64,000 nt of DNA from NCBI GenBank assembly GCA_951812625.1, contig CATOSP010000001.1, positions 136,065 to 200,064 on the forward strand, written 5' to 3'. Below the pieces are notes generated by a model. That model did not search any database and was not told the DNA's origin. It worked only from the letters and a program-made list of their open reading frames with translations. Within the stretch, counting starts at the first letter, position 1. Each line of letters opens with the position of its first letter. This document shows, in pieces, positions 29,994 to 40,108 of this stretch. The DNA is from an uncultured Dehalococcoidia bacterium. Its GTDB lineage: Bacteria > Chloroflexota > Dehalococcoidia > Lucifugimonadales > UBA3495. Position numbers and translations under genes: made by a program.

Positions 29994-30333
29994 ACGCCAG
30001 TGTGTGCGCTTCCAGAAGGTCTGCGATTGATTGCCTGGAGTTTTATGAAATTGCCACAGGCAGTCCGGCTCTGAAAAGCACCACAGAATCCCCGCACTAC
30101 GGCTTTCGCGACTCCCGGTCAACGAGTGATGAGCGACCAGCCCACACCCGCACTATTCGCCAACAAGCCGGAATCGGCTCACCATTGCCGTCGGTCAACT
30201 GTTCCGGCAGTCAGCGCAGTTGGAGCTGGTCAAGGCAAGTTGTTACCTCTGCCACCGTAACAGCTATGTCGACTCCATGGGTGTGCGGCTGGTTTCCTCA
30301 ATCGATGAACCACGGGAACATCGTAGGGTTCGC

Positions 30334-31554
30334 TCAAGCCCTGTTCGAGACTCCATCATGTGTATTGGAAGCTAGAAATTCGGCCCAATCCTCCATCAAC
30401 GGCCGCCGAACCTCAAGAAGGTCAGTCCGGGCATACGCCTGCTCCGTCGAGTTGCCCAGGTTGTGGGCCAGCGCAGCCTCGCTGGGAAACCATGTGGCAC
30501 CGGGGTCCCTGGCCTCCATGCACCAGTTCTTGAAGCTGCTCCGGAACCCGTGGGGAACCGCCGATATCCCCAACCGGCGCAGCATCACCGTGTAGGCCAT
30601 ATCGGATAGCGCCTTGCCGCCTCTCGCCGCCGGGAACACCAGGCTTCCCTCCTGAGTGTCCAACTCCTTCGCCTGAGACAGGATATCCAGACACCGGCTG
30701 GACAGGGGGACACGGTGTTCCCTGCGGGCCTTCATCCGCTCCGCCGGAACGGTCCAGGTCGCCGACTCCAGGTCGACCTCCGGCCACGTCGCCAACCGCA
30801 CCTCACTCGACCGTGCGGCGGTCAGTACGAGAAATTCGAAGGAGAGTTTCGTCACCGGGTCGGCTGTGGACTCCCGTACCTGCTCCAGGGCCACCGCCAC
30901 TTCGCCATAGGGCAGGGCCGTGTGGTGGCTCTTCAGCCGGGAGGTCCGGGGCAGGACCCTGATGACGGCCTTTCCCGCGGGATTGTCCGGCCGCCAGCCC
31001 TGGGCGACGGTCCAGTCAAACACGGTCTCCAGGCGTTGCCGCACCCGGCTGGCCGTTTCCGGCTTGGTGGTCCAGATGGGGGTCAGAACGGCCAGGACAT
31101 CGCCGGTGGTGACCTCGTCCACCAGCTTTCGTCCAATGACCGGGTGGGCGTAGGTCCGGAGGGTGTTGGTCCACTGGGAAGCGTGCTTCGAGTTGGACCA
31201 GGTGGGCCGCCGCATCTCGATGACCTGCTTGGCGGCCTGGGCGAAGGTGGGAATTGCGGGTCTGCGGAGTTCCTCGGCGGCCTGGCGCCTCTCGGCCATG
31301 GGGTCCCGGCCCTGCCGGATGAGCCTCTGGTTCTCCGCGGCCAGGTCCCGGGCCTCGGCCAGGGAGACGGCGGGATAGCCCCCCAATCCCATGTTGCGGC
31401 GCTGTCCGGCGATGGTGACCCGCTGGACCCACCTCTTGGCCCCGGAGGCCTCGACCTTCAGGTTCAGGCCGTTGCCGTCTGAATACATGCCTGGCTTCGT
31501 GACGGTGCGGACCATCATGGCCGAGAGGGCCTGCTGCTTGCGGTCTCCGGGCAT
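30334..31554 (-). CDS. P4-type tyrosine integrase (DUF4102 arm-binding N-terminus)
   Basis: N-terminus KPGMYSDGNGLNLKVEASGAKRWVQRVTIAGQRRNMGLGGYPAVSLAEARD. Catalytic region LTAARSSEV...HGFRSSFKNW...AYAR. Alternative start at 31518. Confidence 0.85.
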   Translation of the reverse strand: MPGDRKQQALSAMMVRTVTKPGMYSDGNGLNLKVEASGAKRWVQRVTIAGQRRNMGLGGYPAVSLAEARDLAAENQRLIRQGRDPMAERRQAAEELRRPAIPTFAQAAKQVIEMRRPTWSNSKHASQWTNTLRTYAHPVIGRKLVDEVTTGDVLAVLTPIWTTKPETASRVRQRLETVFDWTVAQGWRPDNPAGKAVIRVLPRTSRLKSHHTALPYGEVAVALEQVRESTADPVTKLSFEFLVLTAARSSEVRLATWPEVDLESATWTVPAERMKARREHRVPLSSRCLDILSQAKELDTQEGSLVFPAARGGKALSDMAYTVMLRRLGISAVPHGFRSSFKNWCMEARDPGATWFPSEAALAHNLGNSTEQAYARTDLLEVRRPLMEDWAEFLASNTHDGVSNRA

Positions 31555-31570
31555 CCGGCACCTCGAATTC

Positions 31571-31592
31571 CGTATACCTAAACGTATACCTA
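31571..31592. repeat. Direct repeat CGTATACCTA x2 between integrase and tRNA
   Basis: CGTATACCTA at 31571-31580 and 31583-31592. The position is compatible with integrase arm-type sites. Confidence 0.4.
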
Positions 31593-31716
31593 TTTCTACC
31601 GGATTGTAGCGGGTGTTAGAGGACGTTACAAGACCTGAGATTGAGGTAATTGATACTCATATGGGCGTAATTACGGAGGTGTTGAGACGGGCATTAGACG
31701 ATTCTGAGGGTAGTTC

Positions 31717-31805
31717 TGGCGGAGAGAGTGGGATTCGAACCCACGATACCCGGAGGGTATACCGGTTTTCGAGACCGGCGCTTTCGTCCGCTCAGCCATC
31801 TCTCC
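31717..31805 (-). tRNA. tRNA-Ser(CGA): tRNA-Ser (anticodon CGA), CCA encoded
   Basis: Reverse complement: GGAGAGA TG GCTGAGCGGACGAAAGCG CCGGT CTCGAAA ACCGG TATACCCTCCGGGTATC GTGGG TTCGAAT CCCAC TCTCTCC G CCA. All four stems pair, and the long variable arm is typical of class II tRNAs. Confidence 0.93.
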
Positions 31806-32301
31806 GCGTAGCCAGACTTCAGGAGACTCTGTCATCCATCAGACTATATTGTAAATCCACCGCCCTGAGACGGCCCCTCTCGCCCGGCAGCAGGCTCGCA
31901 TGGGCATGGTGCAAGCTATTTATGGAAGCGAACCCACTCGGCCCCAGCACTCTAGGCCAGCTTGCTGAAGACCTTGGACACCGTGCCGGGAGGTAGCACG
32001 TGGACGATTCCCGCACGGCGGCGATTTCGAATTGCCGGACCGGATACTGCCAATTCCAGGCGACCCAACCCTTGGCGTCACCGATGAGGCTTGACCCACG
32101 AAACAACAATAAAACTGTAAACGGCTGCCCTGGCGGTGTCAATCATCCTCGGGTACAAGGGACCTGCTATCTGCAAGCGTAAGCCCCCAGGGGTGTGTAG
32201 CCCAAATGCGCCAATGATCTCAGTCGACTACAGCCGACGGATGCACTCCTCTGAACGCAGTTGTACCGTCGGGAAAAGCAACCCCCACATCCCAGACTGT
32301 G

Positions 32302-32883
32302 TCAACCGCCTCCTCCCTGTCCCTCCAGGTGATTCGTCAGCAATTCCCGGTACTCCTCCAGGCCAGCAGTCGCAAGACCGGGAGTCTTGCCCTGGTCATC
32401 CCTCAACCGCAACCGCACCTTCTCGCCGAACCATGAAGTCCGGGAAAACGCATCCGCTTCCTCCGGCGACATGGGTCCTCCCTGCAGGCGAAGGGACTCC
32501 ACGCTCGCCTCCGACAGTTGGGCAGCATATTCGCTGTCGCTGCCTACCAGGTAACGCTTCGCCTCCACGTGTCCCGCCACGATCGCGGCTACGGCGTCGG
32601 AGAAGCCCAGGCTGCGCAGCGTTTCCGCCCCCAGCCCGTCGTGCTGCACCACACCCACGCTGGTCATCACGCTGGCGTCGTCGGGCCAAATGTGCCCGAT
32701 GTCATGCAGCAGCGCCGCGATGACCTCCTCGTCTTTGCCGCCCTCGTCACGGGCGATCTGCGCCGTCTGCAGAGCGTGTTCAAGCTGGGACACGGACTCA
32801 CCGTGGTACTCCATGTCTCCCAGGTCCCGGTACAGGCCCAGCACCCGGTCGGCAACTGCCTCCGGTGACCTGCTCCCCGGCAT
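32302..32883 (-). CDS. HD-domain protein, PhnZ-like (phosphonate-degradation HD oxygenase family)
   Basis: ATG 32883. Motifs SQLEHALQTA, ALLHDIGH, GHVEAKRYL and LRLQGGPMSPEEA match the pattern I recall for PhnZ/TmpB-type HD oxygenases. Confidence 0.6.
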   Translation of the reverse strand: MPGSRSPEAVADRVLGLYRDLGDMEYHGESVSQLEHALQTAQIARDEGGKDEEVIAALLHDIGHIWPDDASVMTSVGVVQHDGLGAETLRSLGFSDAVAAIVAGHVEAKRYLVGSDSEYAAQLSEASVESLRLQGGPMSPEEADAFSRTSWFGEKVRLRLRDDQGKTPGLATAGLEEYRELLTNHLEGQGGGG

Positions 32884-33011
32884 GGGTCCTGCCGCGTCCC
32901 CGCCGGTCTGGGCACCCTCGGATTTGAAGTTCGTCAAACCAGCACCTCCAGAGGTGAGAAAACAACGCCTCCGCTCATTCCGAAGCTGGGCCGGCAACGC
33001 TCCCGGCCGGC

Positions 33012-34991
33012 CTACCCGGGATTCAACACCTTCATCCTGCTGTCGATATCCTCCGACTCCAGCGACAGCCTCTCCCACTCATCCCAGAGCGATTCCGCCT
33101 CCATCTTGAGCAGGGCGTACTGCTCGCTCGCGGACACCAACTCATCGGGGTCGTCAAACTGGTCCGGGCTGGAGAACATGTTCTCCAGCTCCGCAATGCG
33201 TCCCTCATGGTCAGACAGGGACACGTTTATCTCTTCTATCCGCATCGACAGCTTGCGCGACTCCCTCGCAAGCAGACGGCGTTGTTCTTCCTCAGGTGTC
33301 AGGGGCCTACCAGACCGTCTCCTGGCAGGTCCCTGCCTTGGGGAAGCGGACGTCCCATTGGCCTCGGGCTTCACAGCCCCGTTACGACTCTCTTCCTGCT
33401 TCTGGTAAAGGTAGGTGTCGTAGTCGCCGGGGAAGACCCTGGGCCTGCCACCTTCGATCTCGACTATCTTGTTCGCCACCTCCCGGATGAGCGTCCGGTC
33501 GTGCGTTATCAGGCAAACCGTGCCGTGATAGTCCCCAAGCGCGTCCGCCAGTATCTCGCGGGAGGTGATGTCCAGGTGGTTGGTCGGCTCATCCATCAGG
33601 AGCAGATTGCTCGGCTGGAGCAGCAGCTTGGCCAAGGCTACCCGCGCCTTCTCCCCGCCGGACAGCACCGATATCGGCTTCTGGACATCGTCTCCGCTGA
33701 ACAGAAACCCGCCAAGGGTGGTGCGCAGGTTCTGGTCAGACTCCGATGGCGCGGCCTGTTGCAGTTCCTGGATGATAGTGTTGTCCGGGTTCAGCAGTTC
33801 CAGCACATGCTGGGCGTAGTAGGCCGTCACCACGTTGTGGCCGGTCTTTCTTTCACCCGCGTCGATGGGAAGCACGCCAGCCAGCATCTTCAACATCGTG
33901 CTCTTGCCCGCGCCGTTCGGCCCCACCAGCGCGACCCGGTCGCCCCGCGAAAGCTCGAAGTCCATCCCCCGGTACACGGGATTATCACCGTAGGACTTGC
34001 TCACGTTGGACAGCCACATAACCCTGGTACCGGCCCGGGGAGGCTCCGGGAACGAATACCGGACTTTCTTCGTCGCCCTCGGCAGCTCAATGATCTCCAC
34101 CTTCTCAAGCTGCTTCAACCGACTCTGCACCTGGCTCGCCTTCCGCGCCTTGTAGCGGAAACGCTCCACAAAGCGCATCTGCCGCTGCATCTCCCGTTCC
34201 TGCCGGGCTGCCGCCGCCTGCTTGATCTCCAGTGCCCGTTCTCGCGCTACCAGGTACTCGTCATAGTTGCCTCGGTGGAGCGCCACCTCGTCCGGTTCGA
34301 TGGCAAGAATCCTCGTCGCCACCTGGTTCAGAAACGCCCGGTCATGGGACGTGATGAGGACTCCTCCCTGGAAGGAGGACAGATACTTCTCGAACCACAG
34401 GTTCGCCTCGAGGTCAAGGTGGTTGGTCGGCTCGTCCAGCAGCAGCAGGTCGGGGTTCATGAACAGCAGCCTCGCCAGGGCCGCCCGCATCACCCACCCG
34501 CCGCTGAACTCCCGCATGGGCCGTAGAAACTCGCTTTCCTTGAACCCTAGGCCTGAGAGAATGGCCTTGGCCTCGTGCTCCCGGTCGTCTCCGCCCGCAG
34601 CTTCCAGCGCTGCGTCAAGCTGGCCCAGGCGTTCCATCAGGGCGTCCTGTTTCCCGGCGTCCGTCTCCAGCGACAACGCTTCTCGCGTGGCCGCAATTCT
34701 ATCCATCAGGCCCACCGCCTCCGAGTTGGCGTCCAGCACCTCCTGGAGAAGTGGTTTATCCGTGAATGCTGCCAGGTCCTGCTTGAGATAGCCTATGGAG
34801 ACGTTCCGTTGCGTGGAGAGACCGCCCGTATCCGGAAACGTCTCCCCCGCCAGGATGTCCATGAGCGTGGTCTTCCCCGAACCGTTAGCCCCTATCAGGG
34901 CAATCCGGTCACCGGCGGCCACATTGAAGGTAAGGCCACTGAACAGGGTCCTGTCCGAGTAGCCTTTACTGATGTTGGATGCAAATAGCAA
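33012..34991 (-). CDS. ABC-F family ATPase (two ABC cassettes, coiled-coil C-terminus)
   Basis: Two Walker A sites (GANGSGKTT and GPNGAGKST), two signature motifs (LSGGW and LSGGEKARV), no TM domain, and a charged C-terminal extension. Confidence 0.9.
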   Translation of the reverse strand: MLFASNISKGYSDRTLFSGLTFNVAAGDRIALIGANGSGKTTLMDILAGETFPDTGGLSTQRNVSIGYLKQDLAAFTDKPLLQEVLDANSEAVGLMDRIAATREALSLETDAGKQDALMERLGQLDAALEAAGGDDREHEAKAILSGLGFKESEFLRPMREFSGGWVMRAALARLLFMNPDLLLLDEPTNHLDLEANLWFEKYLSSFQGGVLITSHDRAFLNQVATRILAIEPDEVALHRGNYDEYLVARERALEIKQAAAARQEREMQRQMRFVERFRYKARKASQVQSRLKQLEKVEIIELPRATKKVRYSFPEPPRAGTRVMWLSNVSKSYGDNPVYRGMDFELSRGDRVALVGPNGAGKSTMLKMLAGVLPIDAGERKTGHNVVTAYYAQHVLELLNPDNTIIQELQQAAPSESDQNLRTTLGGFLFSGDDVQKPISVLSGGEKARVALAKLLLQPSNLLLMDEPTNHLDITSREILADALGDYHGTVCLITHDRTLIREVANKIVEIEGGRPRVFPGDYDTYLYQKQEESRNGAVKPEANGTSASPRQGPARRRSGRPLTPEEEQRRLLARESRKLSMRIEEINVSLSDHEGRIAELENMFSSPDQFDDPDELVSASEQYALLKMEAESLWDEWERLSLESEDIDSRMKVLNPG

Positions 34992-35280
34992 TTCTCTCCG
35001 CCCAACTATTGATTATATCCCACTTGGGCAACACTAAGAGACGCACGATTTCATAGTCGCTTTGCAATTCGGAGCCAGCCCTTCTCTGGACCAGAGGCCG
35101 TCTCATCCCCGGACCGCTTGCCGCACCCCACGCTACTGACAATTGCCCCTTCCCAACCCCGGATGCACTCCCTATCATGTCTTGTACTCGTCAGGTCACC
35201 GCCAACGTCCCGACCGGGGCCTTGACCCCGCCGGTGGTTCCAAATGGGCGAAAATAGGAAGCAAGCTCAGGAGAAACGCA

Positions 35281-35634
35281 ATGGGAACGGTAAAAGTGAC
35301 CATAGGAGTCGGAGACCCACAGGGACGACTGTTCGAGGACCTCGAAGTCACAGTCGACACCGGCTCCACCTACACGGCAGTCCCAAGAGGACTGCTACAG
35401 AGGCTGGGAGTCCCTGTACAAAGGTCACTCCCCTCGGAAACTGCCGACGGCATCGTCCCGGTCGACGTCGCCCACACTACCATAAAGCTGGAGGGACTGG
35501 AGTTTCCCACCCCGGTCATATTCGCAGAAGAGGGCGAGCCGAGCCTGTTGGGCGTGGTCTCCCTGGAGCAAGCCGCCCTTGCCGTAGACCCCGTGGCGGG
35601 ACGGCTGGTGCCGGCAAACCTGCTGCGCTTTTGA
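35281..35634 (+). CDS. Retropepsin-like (clan AA) aspartic protease
   Basis: ATG 35281 after AGGAG. 117 aa with the active-site motif VDTGSTYT. Confidence 0.7.
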   Translation: MGTVKVTIGVGDPQGRLFEDLEVTVDTGSTYTAVPRGLLQRLGVPVQRSLPSETADGIVPVDVAHTTIKLEGLEFPTPVIFAEEGEPSLLGVVSLEQAALAVDPVAGRLVPANLLRF

Positions 35635-35835
35635 CCAGGGAAAGAAAATTTCCTCCCTCCCCACCCCAGCACTGAGCCGGAATGACTGAAAATGTCCAGA
35701 GTTGTCCGCAAATGTCCGGGAAAATAAGAAATCAATGGCCGGTGGTTCGTGGACTGTAGCTCCAGGACAGCAACCCAGTGGCCGCCATAATCAGGGAGCG
35801 AACACAGCGGGTGAAAGCCCTCACCTGAAAGGAGA

Positions 35836-36633
35836 TTGGACGTGGTGCGTCTAGAAGGAAAGGTAGCCCTGATCACAGGAGCCACGGGCGGTATCGGCCA
35901 GGCTGCGGCGAGGCTCTTCGCCGAAGAGGGCGCGCGCCTGGCATTGGTCGACCTTGACGAAACGGCCCTCCAGGAAACCGTGCGGTCGATTGGAGAGGAC
36001 ACCGCCAGCTACACCGTGGCCGACGTTACCCAACCCGAACAGGCCCAGGCTTATGTAAATGCAGCCGTGGACCGGTGGGGCGGCATCGATGTGTACCTGG
36101 CCAACGCTGGCATCGAGGGCGCCATATCTCCCATACCCGACTATCCCATAGACGTCTTCGACCGCGTCATGGCGGTCAACGTGCGCGGAGTATGGCTGGG
36201 CATCAAGTACGTGGTGCCCGCGATGCGGCAACGGGGCGGCGGCAGCATAGTCATCACTTCTTCCACCGCTGGCGTCGGCGGCGGCCCAGACATGTCGGCC
36301 TACACCACCAGCAAGCACGCCGTCATTGGCCTCATGCGCACCGCAGCCATGGAGGGCGCGCCGTCGGGCATTCGCGTCAACACCGTCAACCCTGCCCCCA
36401 TTGAGACCCGCATGATGCGCTCCATCGAGGAGATGCGCGCCGCAGCCCTGGACGACTCCACCATAACCGTGGAGCATCTGAAACAGGCCACCGCGTCCCG
36501 CATACCCCTCCAACGGTACGGACACCCCGAGGAAGTGGCCCGGTTGATGCTGTTCCTTGCCAGCGACGACAGCAGCTTCTGCACCGGGGGCGTCTACATG
36601 GTGGACGGAGGCAGGTCCGCGGGCAGCCGTTAG
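35836..36633 (+). CDS. SDR-family oxidoreductase
   Basis: TGATGGIG, NAG and YTTSKHA motifs. The start may be GTG 35842 or 35845. Confidence 0.85.
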   Translation: MDVVRLEGKVALITGATGGIGQAAARLFAEEGARLALVDLDETALQETVRSIGEDTASYTVADVTQPEQAQAYVNAAVDRWGGIDVYLANAGIEGAISPIPDYPIDVFDRVMAVNVRGVWLGIKYVVPAMRQRGGGSIVITSSTAGVGGGPDMSAYTTSKHAVIGLMRTAAMEGAPSGIRVNTVNPAPIETRMMRSIEEMRAAALDDSTITVEHLKQATASRIPLQRYGHPEEVARLMLFLASDDSSFCTGGVYMVDGGRSAGSR

Positions 36634-36679
36634 CCGGTCGTCTCGTCCTGTCCGCCGGGCCTGAAGGAGAAAGACTCCG

Positions 36680-37561
36680 TTGCGTATCCTCGTCATTGGA
36701 GCCAGCGGGTTCATCGGCCAATACCTGGTGCGTCGCCTGGGCCGGACACCCGGTCATGAGGTCACTGGAACCTTCCTGTCTCGACCTCCGGCAAGCGACG
36801 GCAACTCCTGGCACAAGCTCGAACTGACCGACACCGGGGGCCTGGAGCAGCTATTCCGCCTGTTCCGGCCCGATGTGGTGGTGCACCTTGCCGCCATTGC
36901 CGACGTGGGAACGGCTGAACGCAGCCCCGAGAGGGCCACGGCGGTGAATACCACCGCAACGGCAGCAATAGCCGGTCTCTGCCGGATGCACGACGCCCGG
37001 CTGGTCTTCGTATCAACCGAGTACGTCTTCGACGGGACCCATGGGTTCTACCGGGAAGACGACGCTCCCAACCCCACCACTCACTACGGCCAGACCAAGT
37101 GGGAGGCCGAGCAGGAAGTGGCAAAGCTGGACTTCCCTTGGAGCATCCTCCGCACCAGCATCGTCTACGGCTGGCCCGGACCCGGACGGCGGAACTTCGT
37201 CCCCTGGCTGGTGGCTTCCCTTCAGAGCGGACAACCCTACCTTGGCTCCACCGGGGTGATGCGGACTCCGGTATACATCGAGCATCTCGTGGACGGCATC
37301 GTCAAGCTGGTGGAGGAAGACTACCCCGGCACCCACCACGTTGCGGGCAAAGACTGGGTCAGCATGTACGACTTCGCCGTCGCTGTTGCCGACGGTTTCC
37401 AACTCGACCGTGGGCTGGTGATCTCCGCGGACGGCGCACCCTCACAGGCCCCCGACATGCTCGGCCTGGACTGCGCCAGGACCATGAACTTGCTAAACTT
37501 ACCTCAACCGGGTCTTACCGAAGGAATCGCGGCAATGCGCGCAAACACCCCGCACCCCTGA
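36680..37561 (+). CDS. RmlD-like NAD(P)-dependent sugar-nucleotide reductase/epimerase
   Basis: GASGFIGQYL, STEYVFDG and YGQTKWEAE resemble dTDP-4-dehydrorhamnose reductase-type proteins. Confidence 0.7.
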   Translation: MRILVIGASGFIGQYLVRRLGRTPGHEVTGTFLSRPPASDGNSWHKLELTDTGGLEQLFRLFRPDVVVHLAAIADVGTAERSPERATAVNTTATAAIAGLCRMHDARLVFVSTEYVFDGTHGFYREDDAPNPTTHYGQTKWEAEQEVAKLDFPWSILRTSIVYGWPGPGRRNFVPWLVASLQSGQPYLGSTGVMRTPVYIEHLVDGIVKLVEEDYPGTHHVAGKDWVSMYDFAVAVADGFQLDRGLVISADGAPSQAPDMLGLDCARTMNLLNLPQPGLTEGIAAMRANTPHP

Positions 37562-37631
37562 TCGGGTATCCTAGCGTTACCCTGGCAGCGACCAGAATTA
37601 TCCAGGCATAACCCATCACAGGAGGGGAGTC

Positions 37632-38069
37632 ATGCCAGTCTTGAAGGTGGAAGGCGTAACCCACTGGTCAATTCCGGTCAACGACCTGAACAAGGCCGAA
37701 GATTTCTATGGGGAACTGCTGGGCCTGGCCCCGGTGGGACGGCTGGGCAACAACATCATGTCCTGCTTCAACGTCGGCGACCACAACATCCTGCTGTGCG
37801 AGCGTCCCAGTCCGGTGGACGGGCCGTTGAAGGAGGATGCGGGCGTCCACCATTCCTTCACCGTTTCTCCCGAGACCTTCGAACTTGCCTGCAAGGTCTT
37901 CCACGAGAGAAACGTCACCATAGAGCATCTGACCTATCGCGCCCAGGGAGTCTTCACTGGCCGCGAGCTCTACTTCTTCGACCCTAGCGGCAACCGGCTG
38001 GAGCTGAGAGACCCAACCTGGACCCAGGGAATGCCGGAGCCCTCATTCGAAAAGCTGGCCCGCGCCTAA
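37632..38069 (+). CDS. VOC-family (glyoxalase/dioxygenase fold) protein
   Basis: 145 aa with HWSIPVNDLNKAEDFYGELLGL and HHSF...ELYFFDPSGNRLEL. Confidence 0.7.
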   Translation: MPVLKVEGVTHWSIPVNDLNKAEDFYGELLGLAPVGRLGNNIMSCFNVGDHNILLCERPSPVDGPLKEDAGVHHSFTVSPETFELACKVFHERNVTIEHLTYRAQGVFTGRELYFFDPSGNRLELRDPTWTQGMPEPSFEKLARA

Positions 38070-38146
38070 CCTTCGCGCCTGTTTATCGCCAAACGCCCAC
38101 AATCACCCGCGATTTGGGACATTGCTGGAGCCGTGGTCAGTGCGGG

Positions 38147-39841
38147 TTAGCGGGCCAGCACCACGTCCACCAGAGCAAGCTGCCCCCCGTTGACCGCGGC
38201 AAGGGCACGTTCAAGAGCGGGCTTCAGCTCTGCCGGGTCCTCCACGCGCTCGCCATATCCGCCGAATGGCGCGACCAGTTCGGCGTAGTTGGGACCGGGA
38301 ATATCAACCCCGTGGTGGATGCCGGTCCTGGCGGCAACCCCGTCGGGGAAGAATTGGAGGTGCGAGTTCTGCATCGCCGCATACTTCCCGTTGTTGAACA
38401 CCACGATCAGGATAGGAATGTTCTCCGACGCGGACACGCCAAGGCTCTGGGTCACTGGGTTGTATAGGAAGCACCCGTCTCCCATCAGCGCGACCACCGG
38501 CTGCTGTGGCCTGGCCAGCTTCACTCCGAGGGCCATCCCAAGTCCCTGGCCCAGGCCGCCGTTGGGGTGGAAGTAGCTCTGGGGCCTGTTCCAGTCCAGG
38601 TGCCTGAAGATCGGCCCCCGGTGCGTGATTGTCTCCTCAACGTAGACCGTGTCGCCGGGCATCACCTCGCCCAACGCCGCACACAGCCAGGCTGGGTCGA
38701 TGGGCCGGTCGTTCTTGACTCTCTCCACCACTGAGTCCGCGCTGTCGCGCATCTTGGCATGTTCCGAGCTCCAGAAAGAACGCCGCTCTTCGACCCTCAG
38801 TAAGTCCCCGTTGCTGCCCGCCGCGTCCAGCAGCATCCCCAGCGTCGCGGCTACATCCCCCTCCAGGTACACGTCGGCCTTCAAAGACTGGTATACCAGG
38901 TGCTCCTTGATGGGGTTCTCGTCGATGACCACGATGTCGCCCTGTGCCGGGGCCTGCGTGGGCGGGTACCAGGGTGTCCTGCTGCCCACCAGCAGGAACA
39001 GGTCTGAGGTATCCATGAACCGGCCCAGGTCGGACCCCATGTACAGGGGGTGGTCCTTGGGGAAGTTGGCGTAGTTGGGCGCAACCTCCACCACCGGAAT
39101 GGCGAACCGGTCCGCCAGTTGCACCAGGTTGTGGAACGCCTCCACGTCCTTGCCGCAGCCCTCGGCAACGATCACCGGATCGTTCGACCTGGAGATTAGG
39201 CCAGCCACGGACGCTACGTCAGAGGCGTCCGGGTACACTCTCGGGGCAGCCGGCGGCTTCGTCATCCTAGCCGGTGGCGCCCATTCGGGGCGCATCACCT
39301 CGATGGGTATGTCCAGGTAGGTTGGCCCCTTGGGCACACGCTGGGCCATCTCGCCCGCCCGGCTCACCGTCTCGTATAGTGTCTGTGGGCTGGTAACATG
39401 ACTGCTCCACTTGACGAATGGCTCCACCAACCGGTTGGGACCTCCCACCACGCTCAGGTTCCGGTACCACTGGGCGCCCGCGTCGAACTCGGGGTCTTCA
39501 CCGTAGGTGATCGACTCGCCGGAGCAAACGATCATGGGTACTTCGCCCAGGTACGCGCCATGTATACCCAGCGACCCTTGAAGCAGACCCACCCCGGCGT
39601 GCAGCAGCACGGCCTGGAGGCGTCCCGTTACCCTCGTGTAACCCATTGCCATGGTCACCGCCAGTGTTTCGTGCCAGCAATCGATGTAGCGGGGACCGTC
39701 TATCTCGTTCGTCTTCTGCCTGGCCAGAGCCTCCCATACGGACGGCCACTCGGAACCCGGCGAGGATATGATGTAGTCCACCCCTAGGTTGCGGAATGCC
39801 TCCAGTACGGCCTCGCCTCCGTCAACTCTTTCCGTCGTCAC
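38147..39841 (-). CDS. Thiamine-diphosphate-dependent enzyme (acetolactate synthase-like)
   Basis: 564 aa. N-terminal Pyr domain (GVDYIISSPGSEW...HETLA) and C-terminal GDGCFLYN...N TPP-binding motif. Confidence 0.85.
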   Translation of the reverse strand: MTTERVDGGEAVLEAFRNLGVDYIISSPGSEWPSVWEALARQKTNEIDGPRYIDCWHETLAVTMAMGYTRVTGRLQAVLLHAGVGLLQGSLGIHGAYLGEVPMIVCSGESITYGEDPEFDAGAQWYRNLSVVGGPNRLVEPFVKWSSHVTSPQTLYETVSRAGEMAQRVPKGPTYLDIPIEVMRPEWAPPARMTKPPAAPRVYPDASDVASVAGLISRSNDPVIVAEGCGKDVEAFHNLVQLADRFAIPVVEVAPNYANFPKDHPLYMGSDLGRFMDTSDLFLLVGSRTPWYPPTQAPAQGDIVVIDENPIKEHLVYQSLKADVYLEGDVAATLGMLLDAAGSNGDLLRVEERRSFWSSEHAKMRDSADSVVERVKNDRPIDPAWLCAALGEVMPGDTVYVEETITHRGPIFRHLDWNRPQSYFHPNGGLGQGLGMALGVKLARPQQPVVALMGDGCFLYNPVTQSLGVSASENIPILIVVFNNGKYAAMQNSHLQFFPDGVAARTGIHHGVDIPGPNYAELVAPFGGYGERVEDPAELKPALERALAAVNGGQLALVDVVLAR

Positions 39842-40108
39842 AATAGCCTCCTCAAAGGTGCGGGCTTGAGCAAGATGCAGCCCACCCTTACCCGTAGAGC
39901 CCCTGCGTTTCGCCCATTATACGGCGTCGGGCAACACGCCGGGCCGCTCCGGGTGTGTTGCCCGGCCGTAACTGGAGCGGGATTGATCCCCGTTGTCCGC
40001 AAGGTTTCCAATTCGGTCGCAAACCGATACAGTATGCTCAAATACGGCCGGTCTGGGGGGGCGACAGCGCCTCCCCAAGAACACTCGCCATAGCGTAAGG
40101 AGAGGGTC

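Noticed and set aside
29935-30020. GGAAG...CTTCCGC ends suggested a tRNA-Sec (selC), given the selenoprotein gene elsewhere in the window
   Set aside because: There is no UCA anticodon; the loop is CUGAUAA. The putative acceptor strands pair over only 5 bp, and there is no D-arm. The piece matches the 3' two-thirds of tRNA-Ile(GAU) instead.
31613-31996. 127-aa plus-strand ORF
   Set aside because: It overlaps the tRNA-Ser gene on the opposite strand and has no RBS or recognisable motif.
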